A stretch of 52,030 nt of DNA from Candidatus Thorarchaeota archaeon (GCA_011364905.1 RDNZ01000010.1:1-52030); one strand, 5' to 3'. Shown: positions 38,960-49,873, counted from the first letter of the stretch. Numbers and translations: made by a program. The notes: generated by a model not told the origin, from the sequence alone.

Positions 38960-41320
38960 TTGGAGTACGGAAAATTCTCTGAAGACAACAAAGAGTACAT
39001 CATAACTAGACCTGATACTCCAACCCCCTGGATCAACTACCTCGGAAATAGTGAATACTGCGCGATGATCTCGAACACAGCTGGAGGCTTCAGTTTTCAT
39101 ATAGACCCGAGAAATAGGCGAATCACACGGTATCGATACAACAATATGCCGACCGATAGGCCCGGGAGGTATATCTACATTCGAGACAGTAAGACTGGGG
39201 AATGCTGGTCTCCCACATGGCAACCTACGCTCTCAAAACTTGACGGTTATGAGTGTAGGCACGGTCTCGGATACACGAAATTCACGTCCTCCATCTCAGG
39301 TATTGAAGCCAAAGTAACCTATTTCGTACCCCCAGATAGCAACGTGGAGATCTGGGTGCTGACACTCAAGAACACATCATTGTCCCAAGACAGATGGCTT
39401 AAGGTATTCTCATACTGCGAGTTCTGTCTATGGGAAGCGCCTCGGGACCAAAATGATTTGCAGTCTATCCAGTTTCTCGGGATCTCGCGCTTCAACAACA
39501 ATGCAGTCCTCTATCATTTCTTTGATGAGAGTACGGGATTTGCATTTTTCGCATCGAGTGAAAAAATATGCAGCTATGATTGTAATAGAGAGTCATTCAT
39601 TGGAAAATATCGTGACGAATCCAATCCTGAGGCCGTGGAGATTGGTGAGTGCTTCAGGTCAGAGGCTGTTGGAGGAAATCCGATTGCAGCTACCGCCAGC
39701 TCAGTTTCCCTTGAACCGCTAGAGGAAAAAACCATCATCTACGTACTCGGTGTTTCTCAAGACAAGTCAGAGATTGATTCGCTTATCCGAGAGTTCACTG
39801 ACAAGGAAAATGTAGAGAAGGAATTTCAGAAATTAAGAGACCACTGGGAATCCTTTCTCAGCAAGGTGAATACTAAAACAGAGGACCTTGATTTTGATGC
39901 GATGGTTAATGTCTGGAATCAGTACCAGTGCCGAATTACATTCGACTGGTCACGATATGTTTCCTTCTATGAAACAGGAATTGGCAGAGGCATGGGCTTT
40001 CGAGACTGTGCTCAAGATGTAGTCGGAGTAGTTCACGCATTTCCACAGAGAGTCAGACAAAGAATAACTAGCCTCGCAAAGAACCAATTTCAAGATGGAC
40101 ATGTCTATCATATCTACTTCCCACTCACAGGAGAGGGGGGGTTCCCATACTACGTAAAGAAGGATATGCAATTCTTCAGTGATGACCATCTGTGGTTGAT
40201 ACCTTCTGTGACGGAATATATCAAGGAAACGGGAGACACTAGTATTCTTGAGGAGAAAGTGGAGTTCGTTGATGGTCCACCTGCCACCATCTATGAGCAC
40301 ATGCAGAAGTCAATTGAGTTTTGCAAGAGTATGCTAGGGAAACATGACCTTCCTCTTCTTGGAACTGCTGATTGGAATGATCCGTTGAGTCTTCCTGGTC
40401 CAAATAACGCAGCTGAGAGTGTCTTCGCGGCCATGCTGCTTCACAAGTCACTCACTGAGATGTCGGAGGTAAGCAGTCAAACGGGAAGGGGAACTGAATC
40501 TACCACCTACAAGAAATTAGCTAAGAAGACCAGAAACCACCTGAACAAGGTAGCATGGGATGGAGACTGGTTCATCCGTGCCTTTGATGACTCGGGCAGT
40601 CCCCTTGGAAGCAAGGAGTGCAAAGAGGGAAAGATCTACCTCAATGCACAGTCATGGTCTATTCTCAGTGGTGTTGCATCACATGAAAGAGGCATCAAAT
40701 CTATGGATGCTGTCAAAGAGAATCTTGATACAAAGTATGGATTGATTCTTTTGAAGCCAGCATATTCAAGATATTACAAAGAAATTGGAGCCTTGTCAAG
40801 CTATGCACCGGGTCTGAAAGAGAATGCATCAATATGGAGTCACGCAAATGCATGGGCCATCATTGCAGAATGCATGTTAGGAAGAGGCGACCAGGCGTAT
40901 GAGTACTACAAGAAACTAGCGCCTCCATCTAAGAATGGTATGGCTTCAATCCACCAGGCTGAACCCTATGTGTATGCCCAGACCATTGCTGGAATAGACC
41001 ATTCCGCGTTTGGCATGGCAAGACAGTCATGGCTCACTGGTACAGCAGCATGGATGCTGAAAGCTGCTACAAACTGGATCCTTGGTGCAAGACCCCAATA
41101 TCACGGATTACTTGTTGATCCATGTATACCATCGTCGTGGAGGAGTTTCAGGATGACTCGTCAGTTTAGAGGCGCAACATATGATATCAAGTTCTCTAAT
41201 CCCTTAGGGATTTCAAAGGGCATTGAAGCTATTCATGTGGATGATAAGCTGTTCGAGAACAATCTGCTCCCTACGTTCTCTGATGGTAAAACGCATAAGA
41301 TATCAATCACAATGGGCTAG
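38960..41320 (+). CDS. GH94 glycoside phosphorylase (cellobiose phosphorylase-like)
   Basis: EYIITRPDTPTPWINYLG, RYRYNN, GIGRGMGFRD..QD, ADWND, KENASIWSH, SWLTGTAAW. TTG 38960 chosen as start. Confidence 0.93.
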   Translation: MEYGKFSEDNKEYIITRPDTPTPWINYLGNSEYCAMISNTAGGFSFHIDPRNRRITRYRYNNMPTDRPGRYIYIRDSKTGECWSPTWQPTLSKLDGYECRHGLGYTKFTSSISGIEAKVTYFVPPDSNVEIWVLTLKNTSLSQDRWLKVFSYCEFCLWEAPRDQNDLQSIQFLGISRFNNNAVLYHFFDESTGFAFFASSEKICSYDCNRESFIGKYRDESNPEAVEIGECFRSEAVGGNPIAATASSVSLEPLEEKTIIYVLGVSQDKSEIDSLIREFTDKENVEKEFQKLRDHWESFLSKVNTKTEDLDFDAMVNVWNQYQCRITFDWSRYVSFYETGIGRGMGFRDCAQDVVGVVHAFPQRVRQRITSLAKNQFQDGHVYHIYFPLTGEGGFPYYVKKDMQFFSDDHLWLIPSVTEYIKETGDTSILEEKVEFVDGPPATIYEHMQKSIEFCKSMLGKHDLPLLGTADWNDPLSLPGPNNAAESVFAAMLLHKSLTEMSEVSSQTGRGTESTTYKKLAKKTRNHLNKVAWDGDWFIRAFDDSGSPLGSKECKEGKIYLNAQSWSILSGVASHERGIKSMDAVKENLDTKYGLILLKPAYSRYYKEIGALSSYAPGLKENASIWSHANAWAIIAECMLGRGDQAYEYYKKLAPPSKNGMASIHQAEPYVYAQTIAGIDHSAFGMARQSWLTGTAAWMLKAATNWILGARPQYHGLLVDPCIPSSWRSFRMTRQFRGATYDIKFSNPLGISKGIEAIHVDDKLFENNLLPTFSDGKTHKISITMG

Positions 41321-41358
41321 TCATCAAACAAAAAGGGAGAGAATGAGGAAGAAAAAAG

Positions 41359-42459
41359 ATGGAGCAAAACAATGACTCTCGGGTGAATGAAGAGAACTCA
41401 CAAACGCCTATGACGGAAGAATCATCATCTGGGAACTCTTTATCGAAGTTGAAGGAGGTGCTCCTAAGTTCATATGCCAAATTTGTGGCAAGGAAGGCTG
41501 CCTTCTATGTGGTTGTCATATTTTTCTCAGTTTCATTGGTGTTCTTCGTTATTGAGGCAATGCCGGGTGATCCGGTAGAGGTGATGCTTGCTAGCGGAAA
41601 TCCCCCGCCCGGAGCTGACTTAGCTGCCTTGGCAGAAATCATGAGGCGATACTTCGGTTTGGACAAACCAATACTAGAACGATACATCGACTTTCTTGGG
41701 AATTTCTTCACCGGCAACCTGGGACAGTCTTATCACTTTTACCCAGTTTATGCTTGGACTATAATCCAATACTACTTGCCTTACACTCTGTCCCTGGCAC
41801 TTCCCGTGTTATTCGTCAGTTTCTTTGTGGGAAACTGGATTGGTGCTAGAGCAGCCTATCTTAAGGGCAAACTAAACGAAACAAGTTACTTCACGCTGGT
41901 TTTCTGCAACCAGTTACCGCCCTTTTGGCTAGGATTAGTCATCATATTCCTGTATGTATTGTTATTCCGCAATATCCCGCCAATTGGGGCTGCAACACAG
42001 GGTGTAATACCCTCTTTGAGCGTCAGCTACTTGGTGGATCTTTTGGCCCACTGGATTTTGCCTTTCCTGACATTGCTGGTGGTGTACATCGGTGCTTGGG
42101 CTACTGGAATGAGATCAATGGTGACTCATGAAATGGATTCAGGCTATGTACGATATGGCGAGCAGCTAGGCTTTAAGAAAAGGAAACTGATGTCCTATAC
42201 TCAGAGAAACGCCATCCTTCCACAGCTAACCGGTCTAAACATGGTTTTCAATGGCATCATTGGGCAGACACTAGTAATCGAGATTGTCTTTGGGTGGCCG
42301 GGGATTGGCCTGTTGCTCTTTAACGCCGTGTTTAATTACGATTATCCCCTAATTTTTGGCTGCTTTTTGGTCATAATTATCATCATTGTTGTGGGAAACT
42401 TTCTGATAGACATTCTCTACGGCTTTATAGATCCAAGAATCAGAACAGGGCATGGGTGA
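41359..42459 (+). CDS. ABC transporter permease (OppB/DppB type)
   Basis: MPGDP, GNLGQS, EIVFGWPGIG, DILYGFIDPRIR. Confidence 0.93.
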   Translation: MEQNNDSRVNEENSQTPMTEESSSGNSLSKLKEVLLSSYAKFVARKAAFYVVVIFFSVSLVFFVIEAMPGDPVEVMLASGNPPPGADLAALAEIMRRYFGLDKPILERYIDFLGNFFTGNLGQSYHFYPVYAWTIIQYYLPYTLSLALPVLFVSFFVGNWIGARAAYLKGKLNETSYFTLVFCNQLPPFWLGLVIIFLYVLLFRNIPPIGAATQGVIPSLSVSYLVDLLAHWILPFLTLLVVYIGAWATGMRSMVTHEMDSGYVRYGEQLGFKKRKLMSYTQRNAILPQLTGLNMVFNGIIGQTLVIEIVFGWPGIGLLLFNAVFNYDYPLIFGCFLVIIIIIVVGNFLIDILYGFIDPRIRTGHG

Positions 42460-43301
42460 TAGAAATGTGGGAGCTGTTACTAAAAAGTCGGAAAGCAATA
42501 TTTGGATTGGTGGTTTTGATTGTATTCATTCTTCTTGGCACTGTGGGTCCTCTCTTTGTCGGAGACCCGTACAACATGAACCTAAACCAAATGGGTCGGC
42601 CCCCCAGCCTTGCGCACATTCTTGGTACTACAAGTTTCGGGCAAGATGTCTTTGCTCAGCTGTGTAATGCCGTGGGCAACTCGCTCTTAGTCGGACTAGT
42701 AGCCGGTGTTTTGGGCACTCTAATCGCGGTATTCGTTGGTGCTGTGGGCCCGTACATAGGGGGGTTGGCTGACAGAATTTCCAACCTAGTCACCAATCTT
42801 GCGCTGGTATTGCCTCTTATACCACTCTTCATAATCATCGCATCGGTTGTGCGCGGGCTGAACTTAGTCCTCATTGGTATTATACTAGCTGTGACAGCAT
42901 GGCCATGGGCAGCAAGGAGCATAAGGTCCCAGATGCTCACCCTGAAAGAAAGAGAGTTCGTGAATCTAGCTCGAATGTCTGGAGATAGGGCGGTTCGGAT
43001 AGTGGTGACGGAAATCCTACCTAATATGATGGCCTATATCATGATGGTCTTCGTAATATTGACTGGTACAGCTATACTAACTGAGTCAGCACTCAGCATG
43101 ATTGGCGTTTCCACTACCCCAACAATCACTTTGGGGTATATGCTGTATTGGGCTCAGCATGAAACGATTGTTCCCTTCTGGTGGAATATCTGGTGGTGGT
43201 TTATTCCTCCAGGAATCGTGTTAACGGTCATATTGACTGCGTTTTTCGTCATCCATGCGGGCTTGGATGAGGTATTCAATCCAAAATTACGGAGGGTTTG
43301 A
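42456..43301 (+). CDS. ABC transporter permease (OppC/DppC type)
   Basis: PPSLAHILGTTSFGQD, REFVNLAR.SG, EILPN, FNPKLR. Confidence 0.93.
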   Translation: MIEMWELLLKSRKAIFGLVVLIVFILLGTVGPLFVGDPYNMNLNQMGRPPSLAHILGTTSFGQDVFAQLCNAVGNSLLVGLVAGVLGTLIAVFVGAVGPYIGGLADRISNLVTNLALVLPLIPLFIIIASVVRGLNLVLIGIILAVTAWPWAARSIRSQMLTLKEREFVNLARMSGDRAVRIVVTEILPNMMAYIMMVFVILTGTAILTESALSMIGVSTTPTITLGYMLYWAQHETIVPFWWNIWWWFIPPGIVLTVILTAFFVIHAGLDEVFNPKLRRV

Positions 43302-43307
43302 TCGCAC

Positions 43308-44318
43308 ATGACGGAACACATTCTCGAAGTCGAAGATCTCAGGGGATACTACAGAGGGGTGTTCGGCGTCGTTCGTGCCATTGATGGAGTTTCCTTTAAT
43401 TTGGACCGAGGAACAATAATGGGTATTGCAGGCGAATCGGGCGGTGGCAAGTCAACACTCGCCCAACTTGTTTCAGGATCGCCACCCCCGTTGCTACATC
43501 GTGAGGGAGGAAGAATCTTAGTCGATGGGATTGATATATACAACATTGATCCTGAAGAACTTAGAACTGAGGTAAAATGCAAGCGCATGTCGTATGTCCC
43601 TCAGGCTTCAATGGAATCTCTAAATCCTGTTAAAAGGATAAGAGATTTCATCTTTGATGTTGTCGGACAACGAACTGGCAGAAGAGTGCGCTCAAAAGAG
43701 CGGAAAGCAGAGATTCTTGAAATGGCGGCGAACCACGTCAAGACGCTGGGATTGAACAGCTCAGTTCTGGATCTGTATCCACACGAACTTAGTGGCGGGA
43801 TGAAACAAAGGGTTGTTATTGCTATATCGACACTGTGGAACCCTAAGCTTCTTGTAATAGACGAGCCCACCTCCGCTCTCGATGTTACTTCACAAAAACG
43901 GATGATAAAAGCGCTATTGAAGCTGAAACGAGCTGGAATAATCGAAAGCATGCTATACATCTCTCATGACTTGACAAGTCTAAGGCAGTGTTGCGCCAGA
44001 AGCATGGTCATGTATGCAGGAAAGGTCGTTGAAATAGGCAGCATGGATGAAACAATAAACGACCCTCTACATCCGTATTCCCAATTGCTTGGAGCTGCAA
44101 TCGCGTCTTATGACCCCAAAGGAAGGAGACAAGACACTCTTCAGAGCATCCCTGGTTCTCCTCCAGACCTGAGAAATCCTCCATCTGGCTGTAGGTTTCA
44201 TCCAAGATGTCCCTATGCAATGGACATCTGTAAAACCACAGATCCGCCGATGTTCACAGTTGGAAATGGAAGCAGGCAAGCTGCATGTTGGTTATTAAAA
44301 TCAAAAGCGGGTGAGTGA
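43308..44318 (+). CDS. ABC transporter ATP-binding protein (OppD type)
   Basis: GESGGGKST, LSGGMKQR, DEPT, GCRFHPRCP. Confidence 0.95.
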   Translation: MTEHILEVEDLRGYYRGVFGVVRAIDGVSFNLDRGTIMGIAGESGGGKSTLAQLVSGSPPPLLHREGGRILVDGIDIYNIDPEELRTEVKCKRMSYVPQASMESLNPVKRIRDFIFDVVGQRTGRRVRSKERKAEILEMAANHVKTLGLNSSVLDLYPHELSGGMKQRVVIAISTLWNPKLLVIDEPTSALDVTSQKRMIKALLKLKRAGIIESMLYISHDLTSLRQCCARSMVMYAGKVVEIGSMDETINDPLHPYSQLLGAAIASYDPKGRRQDTLQSIPGSPPDLRNPPSGCRFHPRCPYAMDICKTTDPPMFTVGNGSRQAACWLLKSKAGE

Positions 44319-45141
44319 AATGATAAACGAAGATGTGACTGGAAGCGATGATGTTCTCCTAAAGTGCGAGAACCTGACGAAGATATACACTTCTGGCCTC
44401 ATAAGAACAAAGACTGTCGCAGGCGCGAAGAACGTGTCTTTTAACATTAAGAAAGGAGAAATTGTTTCTCTCGCAGGGGAAAGCGGAAGCGGAAAGTCAA
44501 CCGTGGCCAAAATGATCCTGATGCTACTTCGACCGACTTCAGGACACATCTTTCTCAACGGCAAGGACATTTCTTTGTACAACATTCGAGATTATTACAG
44601 GCAGGTACAAGCAGTGTTTCAGGACCCTTACTCTGCATTCAATCCATTCTACAAGGTCGATCATGTAATAAGCAGAGCCTTTGGCCTCCGCCAGGATAAT
44701 CCAGACGAAGATGAAAGAAAAGAGATTATCGAATCCACCTTTCTGTCCATTGGACTAAACCCCAGCGAAGTGCTGGGTAGGTATCCTCACGAACTAAGCG
44801 GTGGCCAGATGCAGAGACTGTTGATTGGAAGGTCGCTCCTCATAGGTTCACAGCTTTTGATAGCCGATGAGCCTACATCCATGATAGATGCATCCACTCG
44901 AGCTGGTGTCTTGAACCTATTACTTCGCCTGAAAGAGAAGGAGGGCCTATCTGTACTATTCATTACGCACGACATTGGTCAAGCCCAGTACGTTTCTGAG
45001 AGAGTCCTTATCATGAAGGAAGGAGAAATTGTCGAACAGGGCTCTGTCAATGATGTCTTCACCAATCCGAATCATCCATACACTCAGGAACTTCTTGCAT
45101 CAGTGCCGAGCTTGTATGAAAAATGGGAAGAACTCACGTAA
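44311..45141 (+). CDS. ABC transporter ATP-binding protein (OppF type)
   Basis: GESGSGKST, LSGGQMQR, ADEPTS, HPYTQEL. Confidence 0.95.
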   Translation: MSEMINEDVTGSDDVLLKCENLTKIYTSGLIRTKTVAGAKNVSFNIKKGEIVSLAGESGSGKSTVAKMILMLLRPTSGHIFLNGKDISLYNIRDYYRQVQAVFQDPYSAFNPFYKVDHVISRAFGLRQDNPDEDERKEIIESTFLSIGLNPSEVLGRYPHELSGGQMQRLLIGRSLLIGSQLLIADEPTSMIDASTRAGVLNLLLRLKEKEGLSVLFITHDIGQAQYVSERVLIMKEGEIVEQGSVNDVFTNPNHPYTQELLASVPSLYEKWEELT

Positions 45142-45418
45142 GATTCCCAAGGAACTGGTGAGTTTTTCATAGGGGTTGCCCTCAGATACTAAAAAAACAC
45201 ATGAATCTAGCTCTTTTTTTTCAATTGTGCTTTGAAACAGGCTGTACTCCTTCTTTGATTGCATCATAGAAACAACAATGAACACCTTCCGACATTCCAG
45301 TTTTTTCAGCAATTCGATGCTTTGGCCAGAGATTTTTCGTCAAAACTCTGTAAATTCTTATGTATTCCTCTCAGGCATTTTATCTAATCGCGGAAACACT
45401 TAGGAGGAGATATCCCAA

Positions 45419-47401
45419 GTGAAAAGAGGAAATAAGGTTGCAACCACTATGGTCATCAGTATCATAATGGCTGCAATGATTTTATCCAGTTTCTGTTCAA
45501 AGCCAGTCGTCGCACAAACCTCCGTACCAAGAGACGAAACAGTGTGGGGGGCTGGTTTCGGAATGAACACTGGAAGCTACCAACCCTGGAACATGGGCTC
45601 AAACCAAGGCTGGACAACCTACCTGATGTATGAACCTATGTTTGGGACAAATGTAGCAACAGGAGAAATCATCGGCTGGCTGGGTGATACCATCGATTGG
45701 CAAGGCGATGACATTGTTCAAATAACGCTGAGAAGCGATCTTCACTGGACTTCAATAGGCAGTAACCTCGTTTCGAATTCCACAGCCATCACAACTGATG
45801 ATGTCATCTATTCCTTCGAAATTCTCCAGCAGACCGGTCAACTAGGCTCTCTGGTCCAGAGAGTTGGAAATGTCAGCACAGCATTTGAAAAAGTGAGCGA
45901 TACGGTTTTGAATGTACATATTCTTCCATCATACGCAGGAAGCAGTGAGGTCTACCGCCAACTAACTTATGGCTTTCTCATATTTCCAAAGGCAGTATGG
46001 CAAGACATCAATACAACATATTCTGGTGATCTGTCAACATTCACTAATGATTGGCAAGACACCCAGATGGTTCCTGCAAAGTGGAGGGTCGCATCAGGCA
46101 TGTACCTGCCATACTTCCATGATGCTACGAGCACGATTGGGAAGGTCAACGATAACTGGTGGGGTGTTGATGATACAGACTTTGGCAGACTACCCGAACC
46201 AACATATTTCGGGTACACATCATACTCCAGTAATGACCTTGCACTCCTCGCAATGGAAGGCGGAGATCTTGATTGGGATGGCAACTATCTTGCAGGATTG
46301 ACTCAAGTCAAGACACAATACCCGAATATAGTGACTTACTTCGATGACCTGCCATACTTCCCAGACAAGTCCCCAGTGATGCTTGTTCCAAACTACAAGA
46401 ACTACCCGCTGAATCAAACTTGGCTCCATAAAGCCATGGCTTCGGTTCTGAACTACACCGCTATGAGCGCGGTCTCGAGCGGATACTTGAAGGATCCTAG
46501 CCCTATGCTGATTCCAGCGGATGACGCAGCAGCCAGAGCACTACTGAATACGACGATTGAATCCGAATACGCAATCACCTACGATGTGGCGCATGCTATC
46601 GACATTCTGGAAACATATTGCACCTTTGACGATACATCTGGCGTCTGGTGGACTAAGGAGGGTGTCACACCTAGTGATCCCATCCAGCACTATCCGCTCC
46701 AAGAGTGGAACTTCGAGTCCAACACCACTGCTCCATATACAATCCTTGACTTTATGGGGTGGACAGACGTCAATGCCATGGATCAGGTAGCAGCTCAGGC
46801 ATTCTCCAGCTTACTCCACATTAACACTCAGGTGGAGTTCATCAGCGGCTGGGGTACTGTCCAAGTAAGGATGAACAATTTCCAGTTCGACCTTGCTGAT
46901 ATGGTCATGTCTGGTCAAATCAACATGAACATGTACGAGCGCTACTTCCAGATGTTCTCACCTCAGAGCTCGAGCGCTGGCGGAGGAGTGAATGCACCTC
47001 TGGGCGGCTGGTATAATCAGACATTTATCGATGACATCGAGGCTCTTGACACCTTCCCAGCTGGATCAGCTCAGCAATGGGCTGTCGCTAATGAGATGCA
47101 AGAGATTCTTGGTCAAGTCATGCCGGTTATACCATTAGCAGGACATGCTGACTGGCAAATCTATAGCACAACATATTGGGACAACTGGCCCAACAGTGTT
47201 ACAAATCCAATGCTACCAAGTAGTCCTTTCGCTGGCACAACGCAGAATGCAAACCTGCTGGCTATTGTCTTTGGGTTGGAATCTACAGGAGCTACGACAC
47301 CACCTCCACCAGGAGATAACTTACTTCTCTATGCGGGAATTGGAATCGCCGTCTTGGTGGTCGTTGTAGTAATCGTCCTGTACGTGCGTAGACAAGAGTA
47401 A
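45419..47401 (+). CDS. Family 5 ABC solute-binding protein, probably binding beta-glucosides/cello-oligosaccharides
   Basis: Signal peptide, VPRDETV, MYEPMF, ITTDDVIYSF, PVIPL, YWDNWP; C-terminal TM; GGAGGAG RBS; gene context. Confidence 0.88.
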   Translation: MKRGNKVATTMVISIIMAAMILSSFCSKPVVAQTSVPRDETVWGAGFGMNTGSYQPWNMGSNQGWTTYLMYEPMFGTNVATGEIIGWLGDTIDWQGDDIVQITLRSDLHWTSIGSNLVSNSTAITTDDVIYSFEILQQTGQLGSLVQRVGNVSTAFEKVSDTVLNVHILPSYAGSSEVYRQLTYGFLIFPKAVWQDINTTYSGDLSTFTNDWQDTQMVPAKWRVASGMYLPYFHDATSTIGKVNDNWWGVDDTDFGRLPEPTYFGYTSYSSNDLALLAMEGGDLDWDGNYLAGLTQVKTQYPNIVTYFDDLPYFPDKSPVMLVPNYKNYPLNQTWLHKAMASVLNYTAMSAVSSGYLKDPSPMLIPADDAAARALLNTTIESEYAITYDVAHAIDILETYCTFDDTSGVWWTKEGVTPSDPIQHYPLQEWNFESNTTAPYTILDFMGWTDVNAMDQVAAQAFSSLLHINTQVEFISGWGTVQVRMNNFQFDLADMVMSGQINMNMYERYFQMFSPQSSSAGGGVNAPLGGWYNQTFIDDIEALDTFPAGSAQQWAVANEMQEILGQVMPVIPLAGHADWQIYSTTYWDNWPNSVTNPMLPSSPFAGTTQNANLLAIVFGLESTGATTPPPPGDNLLLYAGIGIAVLVVVVVIVLYVRRQE

Positions 47402-47415
47402 GTAGACACAAGAGA

Positions 47416-47460
47416 GGAGATTGTTGACGAAAAGTCACAGTCTCCAATCTTTTTCTTTAT
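47416..47460 (+). terminator. Stem-loop plus T-tract after the SBP gene
   Basis: GGAGATTG-T-TGAC-GAAAA-GTCA-CAGTCTCC then TCTTTTTCTTT. Confidence 0.65.
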
Positions 47461-47491
47461 GCTGACTTTTGTGTTCTCTCAACAATAAGGA

Positions 47492-49873
47492 CTATTCACG
47501 ATTTCTTAGAGCATGTTCAATTGCCCAGATTGAAAGAGGACGCATGTACATGGAAGCTCGGAAGTTGGTTTCCTCAGTCCAAGCCTCTGGTGTTCGGAAC
47601 CAGTAACCTCGTTCCTTGTAGGTCGTGTCATAGATACCAAATGCTGTCTTCATTCCCTGATCCAGAAGACCAGCATGAATCATAAAAGCGGCAAGTGCGT
47701 ATGTCGTTCCGGTCCAGACCTCTGAACTTTGCGCGCAGGTGTTGTCTGGAGTTCCATCTGGACGCATTCCGTTCACTGCTCCTATCTGACCAAGCTGAAA
47801 TCTCAGAACATTGAAATTGTAGATTGTTTGCAAGGCAGAAAGCTCATTCTTCTCTGGAACTATACGAGGCAGACCACAAACATGCATGTACCACTGTCCC
47901 GATAGCTGATCAGCCATGATACTATCATGGTGCCTCGAGGTGCTGCTATCAAAGTCATAATACCGACCATTCCAGAGCTTCTCCTCGAAACTCCGTTGGC
48001 CATTCCTTAGGATAATCTGGTACTTCTTCTCAACTCCTTCATCCCCGAGAATATGGGCCATCGCAATCATTGCTTGTGTGGCACCGAGGTAGAGACTACC
48101 ACAATATGCGCTAGGTCCTTCCATTCTCCAGTTATCATAGGTCTGATCAGGAAACCCTTCATTCTCAGGAAGACCGTCGTTATCTTGATCAAAATTGTCA
48201 AGATACTCCATGGCTTGCTTCAATGCAGACCAACAAGACTTCAGGAATCTTTCATCCTTTGTGAAGACATAGTTCCTATAGACCTGAAGGATGAATTTCG
48301 AGTTGAGGTCTTTCCATCTTCCGCAGTCAAGATATGCATAGGCATTTGTCATATACCACGGGTCTTCCTGAGGCATTCCTAAGTCATGAGGAACGGCACC
48401 TCTCGGCTTTCTAGGAACTACATTCTTGTTAACCAGCAGGGTGTGTGGCGTATCATCTTCAATGTTGATAGCGTCTGCAAAATCTTTCTGGATATTGTTA
48501 TCAAGTTCAGGCCAGTTCATCAATGTGGCAAATGAAGCATAGTATAGAACATCGTACGTGTTATAGTAGGGATACTCAAAACATTCAAGATAACCAAAGT
48601 GACCCAAGCCTCTAACATCTACCTTCTTATCAACTTCTCCGACAACCCATGCTGAACTGCTATCTACTAGGAAGTACAGCTCATTCAGAAGTCCAGACTT
48701 GAGCCACGTGGGTCGATCTGATTCCACAATTGGTCGTTGCCAGTCTTCGATCAGGGTATTCCAAGCTCGCCAGTTGTTGAGTGCAGTTGTCACGAGTGGA
48801 ATAGCATACTCGCCCTCAGTGCCAAAGAATTTGGTGTAGTATTTGTACCATCTCCTGCCCTCGCCAAACTGGATGATGGGGATATCCCAGCTGAGTGCAA
48901 AGACAATCTCAGTGGATTCCTCAGGCTCTAGCTCGACTTTCGCACATAGAGCTCCTCCCTCCTTGTGAGGCATCTTCGTTGGCTTCGGTTCAGATTCCTG
49001 CAGTACTCCATTCTTCTTGAAGCTCCTCCATAACCTACGACCCTTTGATTCTGTATTGAATCGTGTGAGGCTTGTTAACTCAGCCTTGTCGGAGGCTTGA
49101 ATTCCCATACCGAACGTGACAGGACTTGCTGCCTCAGTTCGTTCTTGGCGAAGCTCGAGGAGAAGTCGATTTGGGCTCTGGCAATCAACACGTGCATGGG
49201 TGCAGTCGATTGGTGGTTGTGTTGGGGATACCGCATTTTCCCAGGTGAACATCAGAGATATGCCAAGTTTCTTGTCAACGACATTTGTCAGTTTCCAAGC
49301 AAACACGCCAACGGGGTAGGAACTCTCCTGATAGTTGTTACCAATTACTGGAGAAAGCTGCTGACAGACCGCTTTGATACCAGCATCGCTGAAGTTGTAT
49401 GTTGTCCATGCTCTAGGAAAAAGTGCGTGATAAGTGGCTCTTGAGGCTCGCATCCCCCAACTCCAAGAATTCAGCCGCGACCCATCAGGTGTTCTTGGAT
49501 TCAGTGTCTGAAGAAATGGTCTGCCCATGCCCTCAATCCTCAGGTGGAATTGGTTCGGGAGAGACGGGTGATATTCATGGGCTCCAGTTCTCAGATGCCA
49601 TCTGGCAAAGTCACCTCTGAATCCGCGTCCAATACTTCCACACCCAAGCCCTCCAATTGGAATTCCCTGATTGTAACCGTCATCTATGGGTTTCGTTGGT
49701 GGGCAGGGAAGCATCTCCCAGAATTGCTCATCGAGATCAATTGGGACCTCAGCCAATGTAGGCCAGACCATACTCGGTTCAAGCTCCATGGGATAGCTTC
49801 TTGGCCTTCCGGGGCGGAGTGGTCCTTCATTCAGTGAAAGGGTCCATGCGCAATCAGGAATCTGAAAGGTCAT
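47492..49873 (-). CDS. GH116 beta-glucosidase (GBA2 / non-lysosomal glucosylceramidase family)
   Basis: GIPIGGLGCGSIGRG, YLECFEY..YNTYDV, PHDLG, WKDLNSKF, PDQTYD, SSEVWTG, FRTPEA, YMRPLSIW. ATG 49873 chosen as start. Confidence 0.95.
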   Translation of the reverse strand: MTFQIPDCAWTLSLNEGPLRPGRPRSYPMELEPSMVWPTLAEVPIDLDEQFWEMLPCPPTKPIDDGYNQGIPIGGLGCGSIGRGFRGDFARWHLRTGAHEYHPSLPNQFHLRIEGMGRPFLQTLNPRTPDGSRLNSWSWGMRASRATYHALFPRAWTTYNFSDAGIKAVCQQLSPVIGNNYQESSYPVGVFAWKLTNVVDKKLGISLMFTWENAVSPTQPPIDCTHARVDCQSPNRLLLELRQERTEAASPVTFGMGIQASDKAELTSLTRFNTESKGRRLWRSFKKNGVLQESEPKPTKMPHKEGGALCAKVELEPEESTEIVFALSWDIPIIQFGEGRRWYKYYTKFFGTEGEYAIPLVTTALNNWRAWNTLIEDWQRPIVESDRPTWLKSGLLNELYFLVDSSSAWVVGEVDKKVDVRGLGHFGYLECFEYPYYNTYDVLYYASFATLMNWPELDNNIQKDFADAINIEDDTPHTLLVNKNVVPRKPRGAVPHDLGMPQEDPWYMTNAYAYLDCGRWKDLNSKFILQVYRNYVFTKDERFLKSCWSALKQAMEYLDNFDQDNDGLPENEGFPDQTYDNWRMEGPSAYCGSLYLGATQAMIAMAHILGDEGVEKKYQIILRNGQRSFEEKLWNGRYYDFDSSTSRHHDSIMADQLSGQWYMHVCGLPRIVPEKNELSALQTIYNFNVLRFQLGQIGAVNGMRPDGTPDNTCAQSSEVWTGTTYALAAFMIHAGLLDQGMKTAFGIYDTTYKERGYWFRTPEAWTEETNFRASMYMRPLSIWAIEHALRNRE

